Of a stretch of 64,000 nt of DNA, positions 13,056 to 24,730 are shown piece by piece. The stretch comes from Azolla caroliniana (Eukaryota; Plantae; Polypodiophyta): the NCBI GenBank assembly GCA_043228905.1, contig JBHGNT010000002.1:7192001-7256000 (forward strand). Reading direction: 5' to 3'. The notes under the pieces are model-generated. The model made no database searches and was not told where the DNA came from. It saw only the letters and a program-made list of their open reading frames with translations. The number at the start of each line of letters is the position of its first letter. Position 1 is the first letter of the stretch. A program made the position numbers and the translations under genes.

Positions 13056-14705
13056 AGAGAGGTGGGTGCTTATAAGGTCACCCTCTCTCTATAAAACGGT
13101 CTTCTCGGGAAAAGGGGGAAGGAACCTTAACTAACTCTTTAACTATGTTCATGGAAGTTATATTCTATGAGACATAATTATAATTACAAAGTGGTGGAGT
13201 GTTCAGACCCATTACATATCCTTAGGGTGTGTTCTCACACTAGGTTAAGTTGAGTGTGGTTCTTAACAACATCATGGTCATGGTGAAGTTGAGAATGCTT
13301 GCATTGAAGCCCTTGTCAGCCATTTCTTCTGTCAGAGACCCCTCTCATGGAAGCTTCACGTCAAATTCACCCAATTTTATCCTAGGTTTCGTGATCAGTG
13401 CATCGAATCATTGGGGTTATGAATGAGGAGAGTTTGTAAAGAAAAGGGGGAGAGACGAGAACAAACAATAGATAGAGATAATGTAAGATTCAAGAAGCAA
13501 AATGATCAAATATATGGTCTATTAAGTTGGTAATATAAGATTTTATTTACCCAGGTTATAATTTTCCATTGTAAGTACAATACCATATGTTACCAAATTT
13601 CAGCTCGAGCCCTTGACTTTGATCTTGAGAGATGATAAACCTTCCTAATGAGCTAGCTTAATTTCTTGATTATTAAATCACGAATAAGAATACATATCAT
13701 GTGTAAGTGCAAGTGATGCATGTGATGTGTGATCACCACTTGGCACACATGTGATGCAAGAGAACCATGTTGCTCACCTTAGTCACCATGTATGCAATAT
13801 TGCACAAGACATAATTATAGTGATGAGAATCTAAAATTGTAAGAGTGTATCCTAGTAGTTCAAACTTCAAATCTGGTGGTTAATATTTGGGGTTATGGTT
13901 TATTTTCATATCGTGAGAACGCAATTCCTAACATCATAATTGAATATTGACTTTATCCTTTACATTCTTTTTAATTAAATAATGCCCATGAATGTTTCCC
14001 AAAATGTTTGCACAACATCTGTAACCACTCTCTTATGAATGCGTGTAATTTTTCAGAATCTTTATCATAGTACTATGGACAAAAGAACTTTACAACAAAC
14101 AACCAGATAAGCATAATCAAAATTCTCATACATATAGCTCTGGCTTATATCAATAATATGAGCATTGTATATGTTGTATGCGCCACGTATATTCACTTTA
14201 TCATCTTTATACATTGGACCCAAAGTAGTAGGCGATGTTGGCATGAATTGAATTGAATATCAAGACAAATCACAAATGTTTGCTCTATAGTACAATAAGT
14301 CCCATACCTACATGACTAATACAACCACCCATTGCAAATATAGGCAATCCTATCCATCCAATTTCCACGCAAGGGGATGGCTTACATGGATGGAGAATAA
14401 TATGTCGTAGCCAACTTATACTGAAATGGCATCTCGAAGGTTTCTTTCACAGGACATGGATCGCGACAAGCGGAACGAAGAAATGCATGCATTCATGAAG
14501 CGATAGTCACCAGAGAACTACTAACTACTGCTACCATTCGATATGGCCAACGTGCAACTATGAGATAAACTCAAGTGAAGTTGTTGAACACTTCCTAGTG
14601 TCCAAGCTGCCCATAGAGAGATAGAGAATTTATATGAGCAGTTGTTATGAGTCTTTTGGGGCCAATAAATATTCAGTGACTGAGCAGAGCCTAGAGGAGC
14701 AGAGG

Positions 14706-17700
14706 ATGGGAGACGCTCCATTAGAGGAGGAGAAGATCGTATCAGACATCACACAGGTATTCCTTCCATTTGCATCCCTGCATCTCTGTGTGCGTGTGCG
14801 TGTGCGTGTGTTTGAGAGAGATGAGGAGAAATTTCTTTTGTTTCTGTGTTGACTTATCTATAGTTGATCGGATGGACACCTTTGATTGAGCTCAAGACCA
14901 TTGCTCGCAATGAGGGAAGTTTGGCTAGAATCATAGGCAAGCTAGAATTCCAACAACCTTTTGGATCTGTGAAAGATCGGATTGCTCTTCAGTGAGTGAT
15001 TGATGCTGTTCGGATTTTCCCAGATTAGTATAGTTTCCTTTTATCTTATTCTAAATCATATTATGTATTACTTGCATACCTGCACACATGTATACACATT
15101 TATGTACTTACATATGTACGTACGTACATATGTATGTATGATTTGCACAGTTTGGTCTTTGTGTGTGTGTGTGTATAGGGCTAATTTGCAATAGGATTTT
15201 TGTGGTTTGATAATATGCTAATCTACATTGGGCTTTGATAGCATGTCTGAATTCATGACCTCTGCAATATTTGTGAATAGGCTTTTACTATGCATAAACC
15301 AGTTTTTTTATTTTCTTTGCAAAATCCAGTATGATAGAAGATGCTGAAAAGCATGGATTGATAAAACCTGGCGTAAGTACCCTTGTGGAGGGCACCAGTG
15401 GGAATACTGCCATTGCCTTGGCTGGTATAGCCACTCAAAAAGGTTACAAAGTTGCTGCAGTGATGCCGACTTCTGCATCCCTGGAACGCCGAATGCTCTT
15501 GAAAGCATTTGGAGCCAATGTTTATGTCACAGGTCAATTGTTAATGTCTCTGAATATTAGGGACAAGCGCAGAAATACTACTGTTGTTTTCTGTATCTCC
15601 CTCGAGCTAGTGTTTTTCCCAAACACCCTTGGTCAACCATCCAAAGACAAAGAAAGAAAGATATATTAACGTCTACTAGAGGCCAACATAGACTTATGAT
15701 TACAAATATGAGTGAACTCATGCTATCCATACTGGAACAAAAGTAACAGCTCTAAGCTTCCTAAAGATCCATGATAATAATATTAATCCATGTGGTGAAA
15801 TGATTTCAAAGATGTTTTACAAGCATGAAGTGCATTTGCTAATATGAAAGAGTTGAGCCATGGTAAGCAGATATGGTCTCTAAGGTTGGTTGGTGTGGTG
15901 GAATGAGGATATAAAAAAGTTCAAAATTTGTATTGGGTATCCTTGGGGGAGTGAAATCCATGATCCAGTGATGGTATGGACCATGTACATCTTATCCTCG
16001 TACTCACAGTCTCTTCTGTTGTGGACATTCCTCTGCTTGCTCTATGGTGGACGCCGTGGCATGTTGTCAGTGGAGGTGTGGGCCTATGAAAGAAGTCACT
16101 GATGTGTTGTTACTTCCCTTATAGTAATATAACTGTTGATTCTCTATGCTTTTGACGCACAAACAAGACTTGGTCAAAGTTCCAGAAAGAGAGAGAGAGA
16201 GAGACATGTTATTATCTATCGGACCAACTGTGAAATCTTTTACATAGTACATATGGAATTGAATAGTGACTCTTAGTGTTCAAGAATTTTACTAATGAAC
16301 ATTGTAATCAAAAGTGCACATTGTGACCATGATAGGAATATGTGTACGGAGTGGATCAGATTGGCAATGTGTGGAAAGCAAACTAAACTAGAAAGACAGT
16401 GGATGGGATAGGGGGAGGGGATGAATTGATGATATAAGTGTTCATAGAACAAGTATAACTTCCCTTGACCAAGGATGTTGGGGAAATAACACATGCTCAG
16501 GGGCATTTGGGGGGATTATGAAAAACTCAGGGGTATTTGGAGTTTCCACTAAATATTATTCCTAACAACTTTGTTATTCTTTTCAACAAATGATCATTTC
16601 CATAATTTTTGTATGTCAGATCCTGCCCTGGGATTTGATGGTATTTTTGCCAAAGTTGATGAACTACTTGCCACTATTCCAAACAGTTATATGCTGAATC
16701 AACTAGCCAATCCAATGAATATTCAAGCTCACTATCTAACCACAGGTGTTTCTTAATGCTAGGAGGATTCATTGTTTTCAAGGCATAGTTTAAGCTCCCC
16801 TTATTTGTAGATATTCCATGAAATTAAATTTACTCTTTTCTATTCAATTTCTTAATACCCCCTTTATGTTGTACAGTTCTATATGTAAAGAATACCTTCC
16901 GCCCTGCGATAACAGTTACATATTTCATTGTGATTCACGATTTGTTTGAATTAAGGACTCAATCTTAGGAATGAATCAGGTCCGGAAATATGGAAAGACA
17001 CAGCAGGAAAGGTAGATATTCTCATAGCTGGTGCAGGAACTGGGGGTACATTTTCTGGAGCTGGAAAGTATCTGAAGGAGCAAAACCCATCTATCAAAGT
17101 CATCGTTGTTGAACCTTTGGAAAGTCCTGTCCTATCAGGTGCTTCTTTTGTTCCTGTTGTAACTTCTTGTTTTCCTTTTGGCCTTTTCATATATTCTAAT
17201 ATTTCTATTGATGAACATATATCAAAGGTGGATGCAAGGGTCCACACAAAATTCAAGGTATTGGCCCGGGGTTTATACCAGAAAATACCCATGTTGAAGT
17301 TAGTGATGAAATTATGGTTATCTCTTCTGAGGAAGCTTTGGCATATACACAAAGACTTATAAAAGAGGAAGGTTTGCTTGTGGGTATTTCATCAGGTGCT
17401 GCTTTTGCTGCTGCCCTGAAGGTAACTAATCCATTGATGTATCTTCACAGGCTTTTCGTGTGTGTGTGTCTGTGTGATACAAGTATTCTATTCTACTACA
17501 AGTGTGTTTATGTCTGGAGATGGTGGATCTTCATTTCTCACTATCATGCTCATAGAATGATGATTCTATTGAACTCTTCCCAAGCCTACAAGTCTTTGAA
17601 TCTATAAGTAGTTTCTTTACTTGAATTCGTCAGCTTGCCATTAAGTTTTTGCTAGAGTTTTCTTCTGAAGATCTGTCTCATTATTCACCTGTTCTGGTGA

Positions 17701-18336
17701 ATTCACCCCACAAATGATGTATAGCTATTAGCCTCAGTTGTGGACTTATCAGCATTTCATATTTTCGAAAGAGATTTTCTTTTATGCAGAAGGTGCACAT
17801 ACTACAATGATAAGCTCCAGTCCTAGAGTTAGTTTTGATGATTTACAAGAGTTCAATATAATTGCGGAGAGTTGGTAGACTTTTGATTAATCAATTTCAT
17901 ATAAGAAAAAAACCACCAAATGATCAATATCAAAGTTAGAGTTGAAAAGAAAAACCATGGATTAATAATTGGCATCTAAACTCTTGTGCAACTTGAATTA
18001 CCAATTCTTAGTTCATGACCTTCTTTGTGCCAACTCCCACATTAAGTCAACCAATAGCTTACATTTTGTACCGATGGAGTAATTCTATATTTCCAAATTC
18101 TTTAGGACTGCTTCTCATATTACACACCAGAATGAAAGGATTTTTAAACGTCTTTCTATTATTTATTTTTCCTCTTTCTTCTTCCTCTCACTCTCTCTCA
18201 CTCGTGACAGGTTGCAAAACGATCTGAGAATGCTGGCAAGATGATTGTAACAATATTACCTAGTGGCGCAGAGCGGTACATGAGCACAGAGCTTTTTGCT
18301 TCAGTTAGAGAATTGTGTGAGAAGCTAACTTTTTGA
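14706..18336 (+). CDS. OASTL: Cysteine synthase / O-acetylserine(thiol)lyase (beta-substituted alanine synthase family), 7 exons, 328 aa
   Basis: Exons 14706-14756, 14864-14991, 15330-15532, 16620-16745, 16980-17138, 17228-17421, 18211-18336. All introns are GT-AG and phases join into a 987-nt ORF. Motifs IGWTPL, SVKDR (PLP Lys), [32 protein letters not shown]. No transit peptide evident. Confidence 0.95.
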
Positions 18337-19369
18337 AGTCAAATAAACACAAACCAAGAATGCCACTGTTTTGTGGCTCGTAAGTTTGAATAAAAGCGTT
18401 ATGACTTTGTCAACCTGCAAGTTAAAATAAGATAAGGACATTCTCTCAACCTCAAAGCTATGTTTGAGGATTCTTTGCAACTGCTATGCTTATAAAGGGA
18501 GAGCTGGCATACTGAAACTTAGGCCCCAACTTTAACGTGATTGTGAAAAGCACTTTCAAAAAGCACTTGTAAACCTCTAAGCTACATAGTTTTATATGGC
18601 TGCAATATTCACCGAGTTCTTTCACCATCCTTTATAAGATTTGTCTTGATCAATCAAATGTAAATCAGAATTAAATAAAACCAGTTGTTTTATCCAGTTC
18701 AGCATGATCTTGTGCGAAGGGCAGGCATAATGCCTCCTTAGGTAATTAACAATTGAGAGGGATGCAGAACATGGTCAAATGCAAACATAGCAATAAAAGG
18801 TTGAGCAACATGAAGAAAACAGATTGCAAAAGGGAATTAAACTATTAATTGGTGATATCAACTTAAGCATCTAAGTAAGTAATTATGGTACAAGGAACCT
18901 TCTTGCTTCACTTAAATTGCATATTTCCTAGAGATGTATGTTTTACACCTTATCTTCATACTATTTAGTGATTGTGTTTATATGTGGGCATTTAGTTTGT
19001 CATTTCCTTACAATGCACTTTAATTGAAACAAGCCAATGAGGATCACATATGAAGGGTTGGCATGAGCATCACAGTTATTAAGAAGAAGACACAATTAAT
19101 AATGAAATATTAATATGCATTACCATGGTAACAATGAGGATTGACATCTTTGCATAGCTGATGCATTTTTGCATGTATGTATTCACATTTTTGGAGTGAT
19201 CAACACAAAATTCCTTCCAACTCCTATTTTACAAACATCCATTTTGTTCATGCAAGGGATTCTATTTTTCTTTATTAATATCTAAAGTGCCATCAAACTT
19301 TCGTCATTTTCATGGAAGGAGGTTCGAATCATTTTCATGGAAGGAGGTTTTCGAACGGCTTTCAAGTTG

Positions 19370-20110
19370 GTGCAGACAATACAGAAAATAGTGTGGTGCA
19401 TTTTCTATATGAAAACATCATGACTCGGCTCAGTTACCCAATCCATAGTTTATTACCCTCAAGTAAACAGCTAAGCTCAAATCACCAACAAGACCGTCGA
19501 ATGATTTATATAAAGAATATCATCGATGAGCATCACATGGATTGGCACCTACAATTGCAACCCACGATGTGAGCGACTTGTACAACCCACAAAAGCAGCT
19601 TGGGTTGTTCGCCATTCTGACTAATTTACTGCTTGGAAGCAATTGTTCAAATGGAGTACATTGTCCCAAGTCCATATATAGCAGTGTGCAAGCGATTGGA
19701 TAACGACGCAAGTGTCCGATCAAGGAAGAAAGAGCTACTCAAATTGGATGAGCAATGACAGGCACGTGCGAGATCATTCAAGAGGTCCAACAAGCACACC
19801 AAGCTGGTTGGGTGGACCAGCATCCTGAACAATATGGAAAGGAATTAACATCTGAGGCAGCCATGTAAGTATTTAAGTGATGTTCTGGATTAAATCCCAG
19901 TAAACCGAATTTGGCCCTTTTTGGATTTTTCGAAAAGACAGCGGATCGAACATTTTGATATTAGGAAAACATTGCAATCGCAGTATGTACCAAATCCGAG
20001 AATGGACATTGGAAGGGAAATATGTAGCAAATCCCATGAATGGATTTCGATTACACAGGTACCATACTGAGCTACCAATCAACCCATTTCAGGCAACGTT
20101 CAATCCTAAT
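19370..20110 (+). pseudogene. Highly decayed Ty3/Gypsy integrase C-terminal fragment
   Basis: VVHFLYENIMTRLSYPI resembles IARFLYEHIWCRFGYPI (54193 ORF). TLEGKYVANPMNGFRLHRYHTELPINPF resembles TLAGEVVRQKVNGFQLKPYLGPTPPNPF (54824 ORF). Confidence 0.7.
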
Positions 20111-21560
20111 CCAGTTTCAGCTAGAATCATCAAGGATGATACACCCATGAGCATTGATATTTTGTGGGTGGATATATTAGGGCTACCCGTGACATGGTGC
20201 CAAACACCAAGAGGTGAACTCATCCATTAAATTCCTAGAAATATTGTGAAGGAGACATTGCAACTAGCAAAATGCAGAAAAGAGCTGGCAGGATTACAAG
20301 ATAAACAAAATTTGTACAAAAGTTCGATGGATGAACAACTACCACATGTAGCAAAATTCGGGAGCCGACTATCAAGAGGTTCTCACAATGGAGTACAAAG
20401 CATATTCTGCAAGAATGGAGAGTTGTTAAAGACTGCAATTGCATGCAAATGGCCTTTGGATTCCAAACTGCTCTACCACAACTCCAACTGGATGAAGATG
20501 GAGGAATCTTCAAATACAAAGTGTTAAGTGCTGGAGTAGTAATAATTGTACTAATAAATGTCATTTCCAAATATTACATATATCGCTAAACATGCATTAT
20601 TACCAATTGCACCTATCCATGGATATTGCTAAAATATCCATTATTACCCAATTGCATGTATCCCTATATTTCGTGTCCATTCATTCCAGGATATTGATTA
20701 CCCAATCGAGTATGCCAAGTGTTAAGGATGGAGTAGTACCTATTTTGCTATTACTTGTAATTTCCAAATATTATGTATTCCGTCCAAACATGCATCATTT
20801 CCAATTGTACCTGTCCAAATATTGTGTCCATTTGCTCCAGCAGTTATTTACTACCCAATTGCACCTATTCGAATACCTTTCCGTCCTCTCACTAATACAT
20901 TGGCAAAAATCATGCTAATTAGAAGTTTTTATTCTGCATAATCCACTGCATTTCAGCAGTCAATCATCCAGCAAAGGGTGCAAGGCTCTACAGGATAACA
21001 CCTATTCGAAAGCTTTCCAATATAAAAGCTCCACAAAACGAATGTATCTAATAAAACCACATGTGTACAAATCATATTCACAAAATTGAACAAAAATCTA
21101 ATGCCACTTTCATTCCCCTTCTAAATCTTTCAAAAGATGTTTAATACTCATCAGCAACATACCAAGTGATCGGGCATCAACAGTCATACAACATGGTTCA
21201 AACCATATTCACTGCAAAATTCTTTCAAATAAGATGTTTCAGCCTAAAATATTAAGAGAGCATATATTTATACAGGAATAAAACCAGATACAAAATAGAA
21301 TGTAAAGTCACTCGGATCAAACAAGAATCTATAGCCTAATTTCATTCCTCTTCAAAATCTTTCAAATAGATGTTTCAACCTCATCAGCAACATATCAAAA
21401 TAGTGAGGCTGTAAAACATATATACAACAATCACCCCACATACAAATAGCATATTCAAACCAGTTCATTCATGGAACAAGAGTCTTGCCTAAAATCAGTT
21501 GCCATAATCTATAAAAACTTCCTATTTAAGCACATAAAAATAGCATATGACCACCCATTG

Positions 21561-23966
21561 CTAGTTTCCTTCCTCTTCAGAAGCTTTCAAATAAGATGTC
21601 TCAGACTCATCGCCAACATGTCCAGAACCATGCCCTCCATTGTTACCCCCACCTGAAGTCAAAAGATCTGACTTGAAACCTCCACTCAAACCTCGGCTTA
21701 TAGGTACACCAGAATTACTTCCAAGATGTCCACGAACAAAATCTGGGTAACCACCAGAATTCATAGAATTGTTACCTCCCATGGCTACCTCAGATGATAT
21801 TCCAACATGAGAAGTACTTCCTCCCATGGTCATTCCATGTGGTCCTTGCATTATTTGTTGTTGTTGTTGATGTGCTTGGTGTAGAAATGGATATGATTGT
21901 TGTGAATATTGAGCAGAATTCCTTGCTGCCGCTGAGGATTGCTGTGCTGCTATCTGTTGCTGCTGCTGACCCATATAATGCAATCCAGGTTGTTGCAACA
22001 CTGATGCTTGTGGAACCTGCTTATTTACATGGCCATAAAATCATATAGTTAATTCTATGTGAATTGTGAATGGGAATTATCATGAACACAATGAAGGGAG
22101 AATTATCATCAATACCCTGATTGTTTTCCTCTCCATCAAATGCCCTTATGTTTACATTAGCTCACCAAATGCCATTGGTGGAGTCTTGGAAGTGTGATTT
22201 TATGTGCTGTTTCAGAAATTATATGGCCAATCGATCCCCTTTCTCTTTCTTGCAAAGGTAAGGGCATTGGGAACTAATGGGGAACCAGGGGAAATTCAGG
22301 AAATAGCAAAACTTGAGGGTGTATCTAATATTTTCCCAAAGATGAATGTGTGTGAACATGAACGAAAAAAGGCAGTGCAATGATTAACATACTTGAGCTG
22401 CTTGAACAGTAGGTGGTTGAGGTTGCGAATCAGCAATTGCAGCCAAGTACATTAGATTTGCTTGTAGCTTTGCTTGATATCTGTGTAAAGATACAACCCA
22501 ATATTTAATAATACTGTGAATAATTGATGGTGATATAAAATGCGAAATAAAGACACGTGACATTGCAGAACTTCAAGAAGTGAGACAAAAATATAATTTA
22601 AATCATGGTTTCTCAACTAGCATATTCTGACTATCAAGAAGAAATCCTCAACAAATATCTTGCCATAAAAACAAGACTTGTGCAAACTAGAGATGCTCTA
22701 CAAGTACATAGCATGGTTAATTAGAGAAACTAAGATTCAAAGCAACACTAAATCACCATAGCTCTAGCGACAAGTTGAAACCAACCACGAAATCAGACAA
22801 GTCAATAGTAGTGTTTCCCTAAAGAAGATCATGTTGGCTCTTACGCTGCACATTCATTTAGTTTTCCGAGGTTTTGATTGTCCAGAATGGCCAGAATCAG
22901 CTGTTTGTTCTCGTCCAAGTACTGGAACAATGAAAAACAAAGATAATGACAGCTTATCCTTTCTGGAGGTATAATGAAACCATTATATAGGGTTACCTGA
23001 TGACACCGGTTTACAACAGATTCACAAAGAAATTAGCAGCACACTCAAAGCATACAATTTATTACAGAGGATATATTGATATGAGCAATCTTTTTTGAGA
23101 AAAGTATTCATAAAGAAGATTCAAAGTATAAATTGGTGGCTACAAGATAAAGAAATGTATTTCCAAAGAGATAAAAAAAAGTCACAGTGCCGTTGCAACT
23201 ACATTCAGAAAAGCTCAAGCAATATGTTTTTCTTCATAATACTCACATATGAAAGAAGCTCAAATGCTTAAACATGAGATGATAAATCATTTTTAGAGAA
23301 TATGTACATTTAACCATGAACTAACTTACTCTTTACTCAACCATAAATTAGCTTAAACGTCAATCACTACGGGGAAAGGTACGAGAGTGAAACACTGCAG
23401 AAATGGAAAAGATAGATGTGTAGGGGGGGAGACAGAACACTTCCATGGCAAAGAAGATAAATTTCTGCCAGGGGCTACCTTCCATTTCACTATGTCATTG
23501 AACAAACTGAATCTTCTTCAGTTTTAGCATGTCTTTGAACCCAAGACATTCACTTCACCATGGACTAACGGAGTAATATTCTTTGTTTCCCCATGAACTA
23601 AGATCTTCATTTGAACCATGGATTTGCAGAGAGGAGCTGGATGAGATTTAAGAGGAAACACTGCCGAAATGAAAGAAAGTCATTTCACCATGAACTATGA
23701 TTTTCTTTTTTCATGTGGACATTTGGTCATTTCACCATGTGCTAGACTAAGCTTCATTCCACCATGACTTAACTTAACCTTAAGTCCACCATAAACTAAC
23801 TCAACCTTCATTTCCCTCGAACAAGATTAATCTTCATTCATTCATTTCACCCTGAACGCAATAAAGGAGTTCACAATTCACTGTGGGCTGGGCAGAGGAA
23901 CTACCTAAGAGAGAAAGAAAACACTAAAGAAACAGAAGAAAGAGTAAGGATATATACATATGTATA

Positions 23967-24009
<43 letters not shown>

Positions 24010-24090
24010 GGAAAGAGACAGAAATACCTTCTGGATTAGCTCTGTGGTGACGTTGTGGGGTGGATAAGCTCCCATGTGAGCTTGCTGCAT
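21561..24090 (-). CDS. GIF: GRF-interacting factor (AN3/SS18-like co-activator, SNH/SSXT domain + Q/G-rich region), 4 exons, 227 aa
   Basis: Exons 24090-24028, 22921-22845, 22480-22393, 22016-21561 (GT-AG, 684 nt). VTTELIQK|YLDENKQLILAILDNQNLGKLNECAA|YQAKLQANLMYLAAIADSQP is the SNH domain. C-terminus SYLKASEEEGN is typical of GIFs. Confidence 0.96.
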
Positions 24091-24339
24091 CGAGGCAACG
24101 CGGATAGAGAGACACTTAAAAAAGAAAGAAGGCAACAAAGAGCAGAAAATCAGTCGAGGAGGAGAAGATTCTGCTTCTCTGCTTCTCTGCTTCCCTCTCC
24201 GTGTCTGTATGTAAAAGCCCTTAAAAGAGATTTAAGCGACACAGACACCATAACCGCATGTTGACTGATACATTTTTGTCGATTTATGTTGCCATTCACG
24301 AGGAAATATTCCCCCCATCCATTCCCATATCACAAATCG

Positions 24340-24507
24340 CCATCACCCATCACCCATCACCATCACCATCATCGCCCATCACCATCATTACCCATCACCA
24401 TTATCATCATCACCCATCACCATCATCATCATCATCATCATCACCATCATCACCCATCACCATCATCATCATCATCATCATCATCACCATCATCACCCAT
24501 CACCATC
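24340..24507. repeat. (CAT)n/(CAC)n trinucleotide microsatellite upstream of GIF
   Basis: Directly visible. Confidence 0.95.
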
Positions 24508-24660
24508 GATTCTTGAGCTTGGCACTGCAACTTCCAAGACATGTGCCACATGGAGGCAGGGCAGGGCAGGGCAGGGCATGGGGCTAATTTACTTTGAGAC
24601 GGAACTCAAGGGAATCTCTTCTATTTTTCGGGGGCGAACTTTTTCTATTTTCGGCGAGGA

Positions 24661-24730
24661 GAGAGTTCTAGAGAGTTCCAAAGAGTTCTAGAGAGTTCCG
24701 GAGAGTTCCGGAGAGTTCCGGAGAGTTCCG
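24661..24730. repeat. 10-bp tandem repeat GAGAGTTC(TA/CG/CA) x7
   Basis: Directly visible period-10 array. Confidence 0.93.

Larger units (their letters stand above)
11324..13268 (-). mobile_element. Old Copia-type solo LTR split by a LINE insertion
   Basis: Starts TGTAAATAATCAA and ends TTCTTAACA. It is colinear with the Copia LTR at 39855-40253 (GGGTGCTTATA..GTCACCCTCTCTCT, ATTCTATGA, AAGTTGAG...TTCT.AACA). No clean TSD. Confidence 0.7.

Noticed and set aside
14634-14705. Upstream in-frame ATG extending cysteine synthase by 24 aa
   Set aside because: The extension is acidic and unlike a transit peptide. ATG 14706 gives a typical cytosolic length. Cannot be excluded without transcript data.
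24258-24587. Poly-His/Ser/Ile ORFs
   Set aside because: (CAT)n microsatellite read in three frames.
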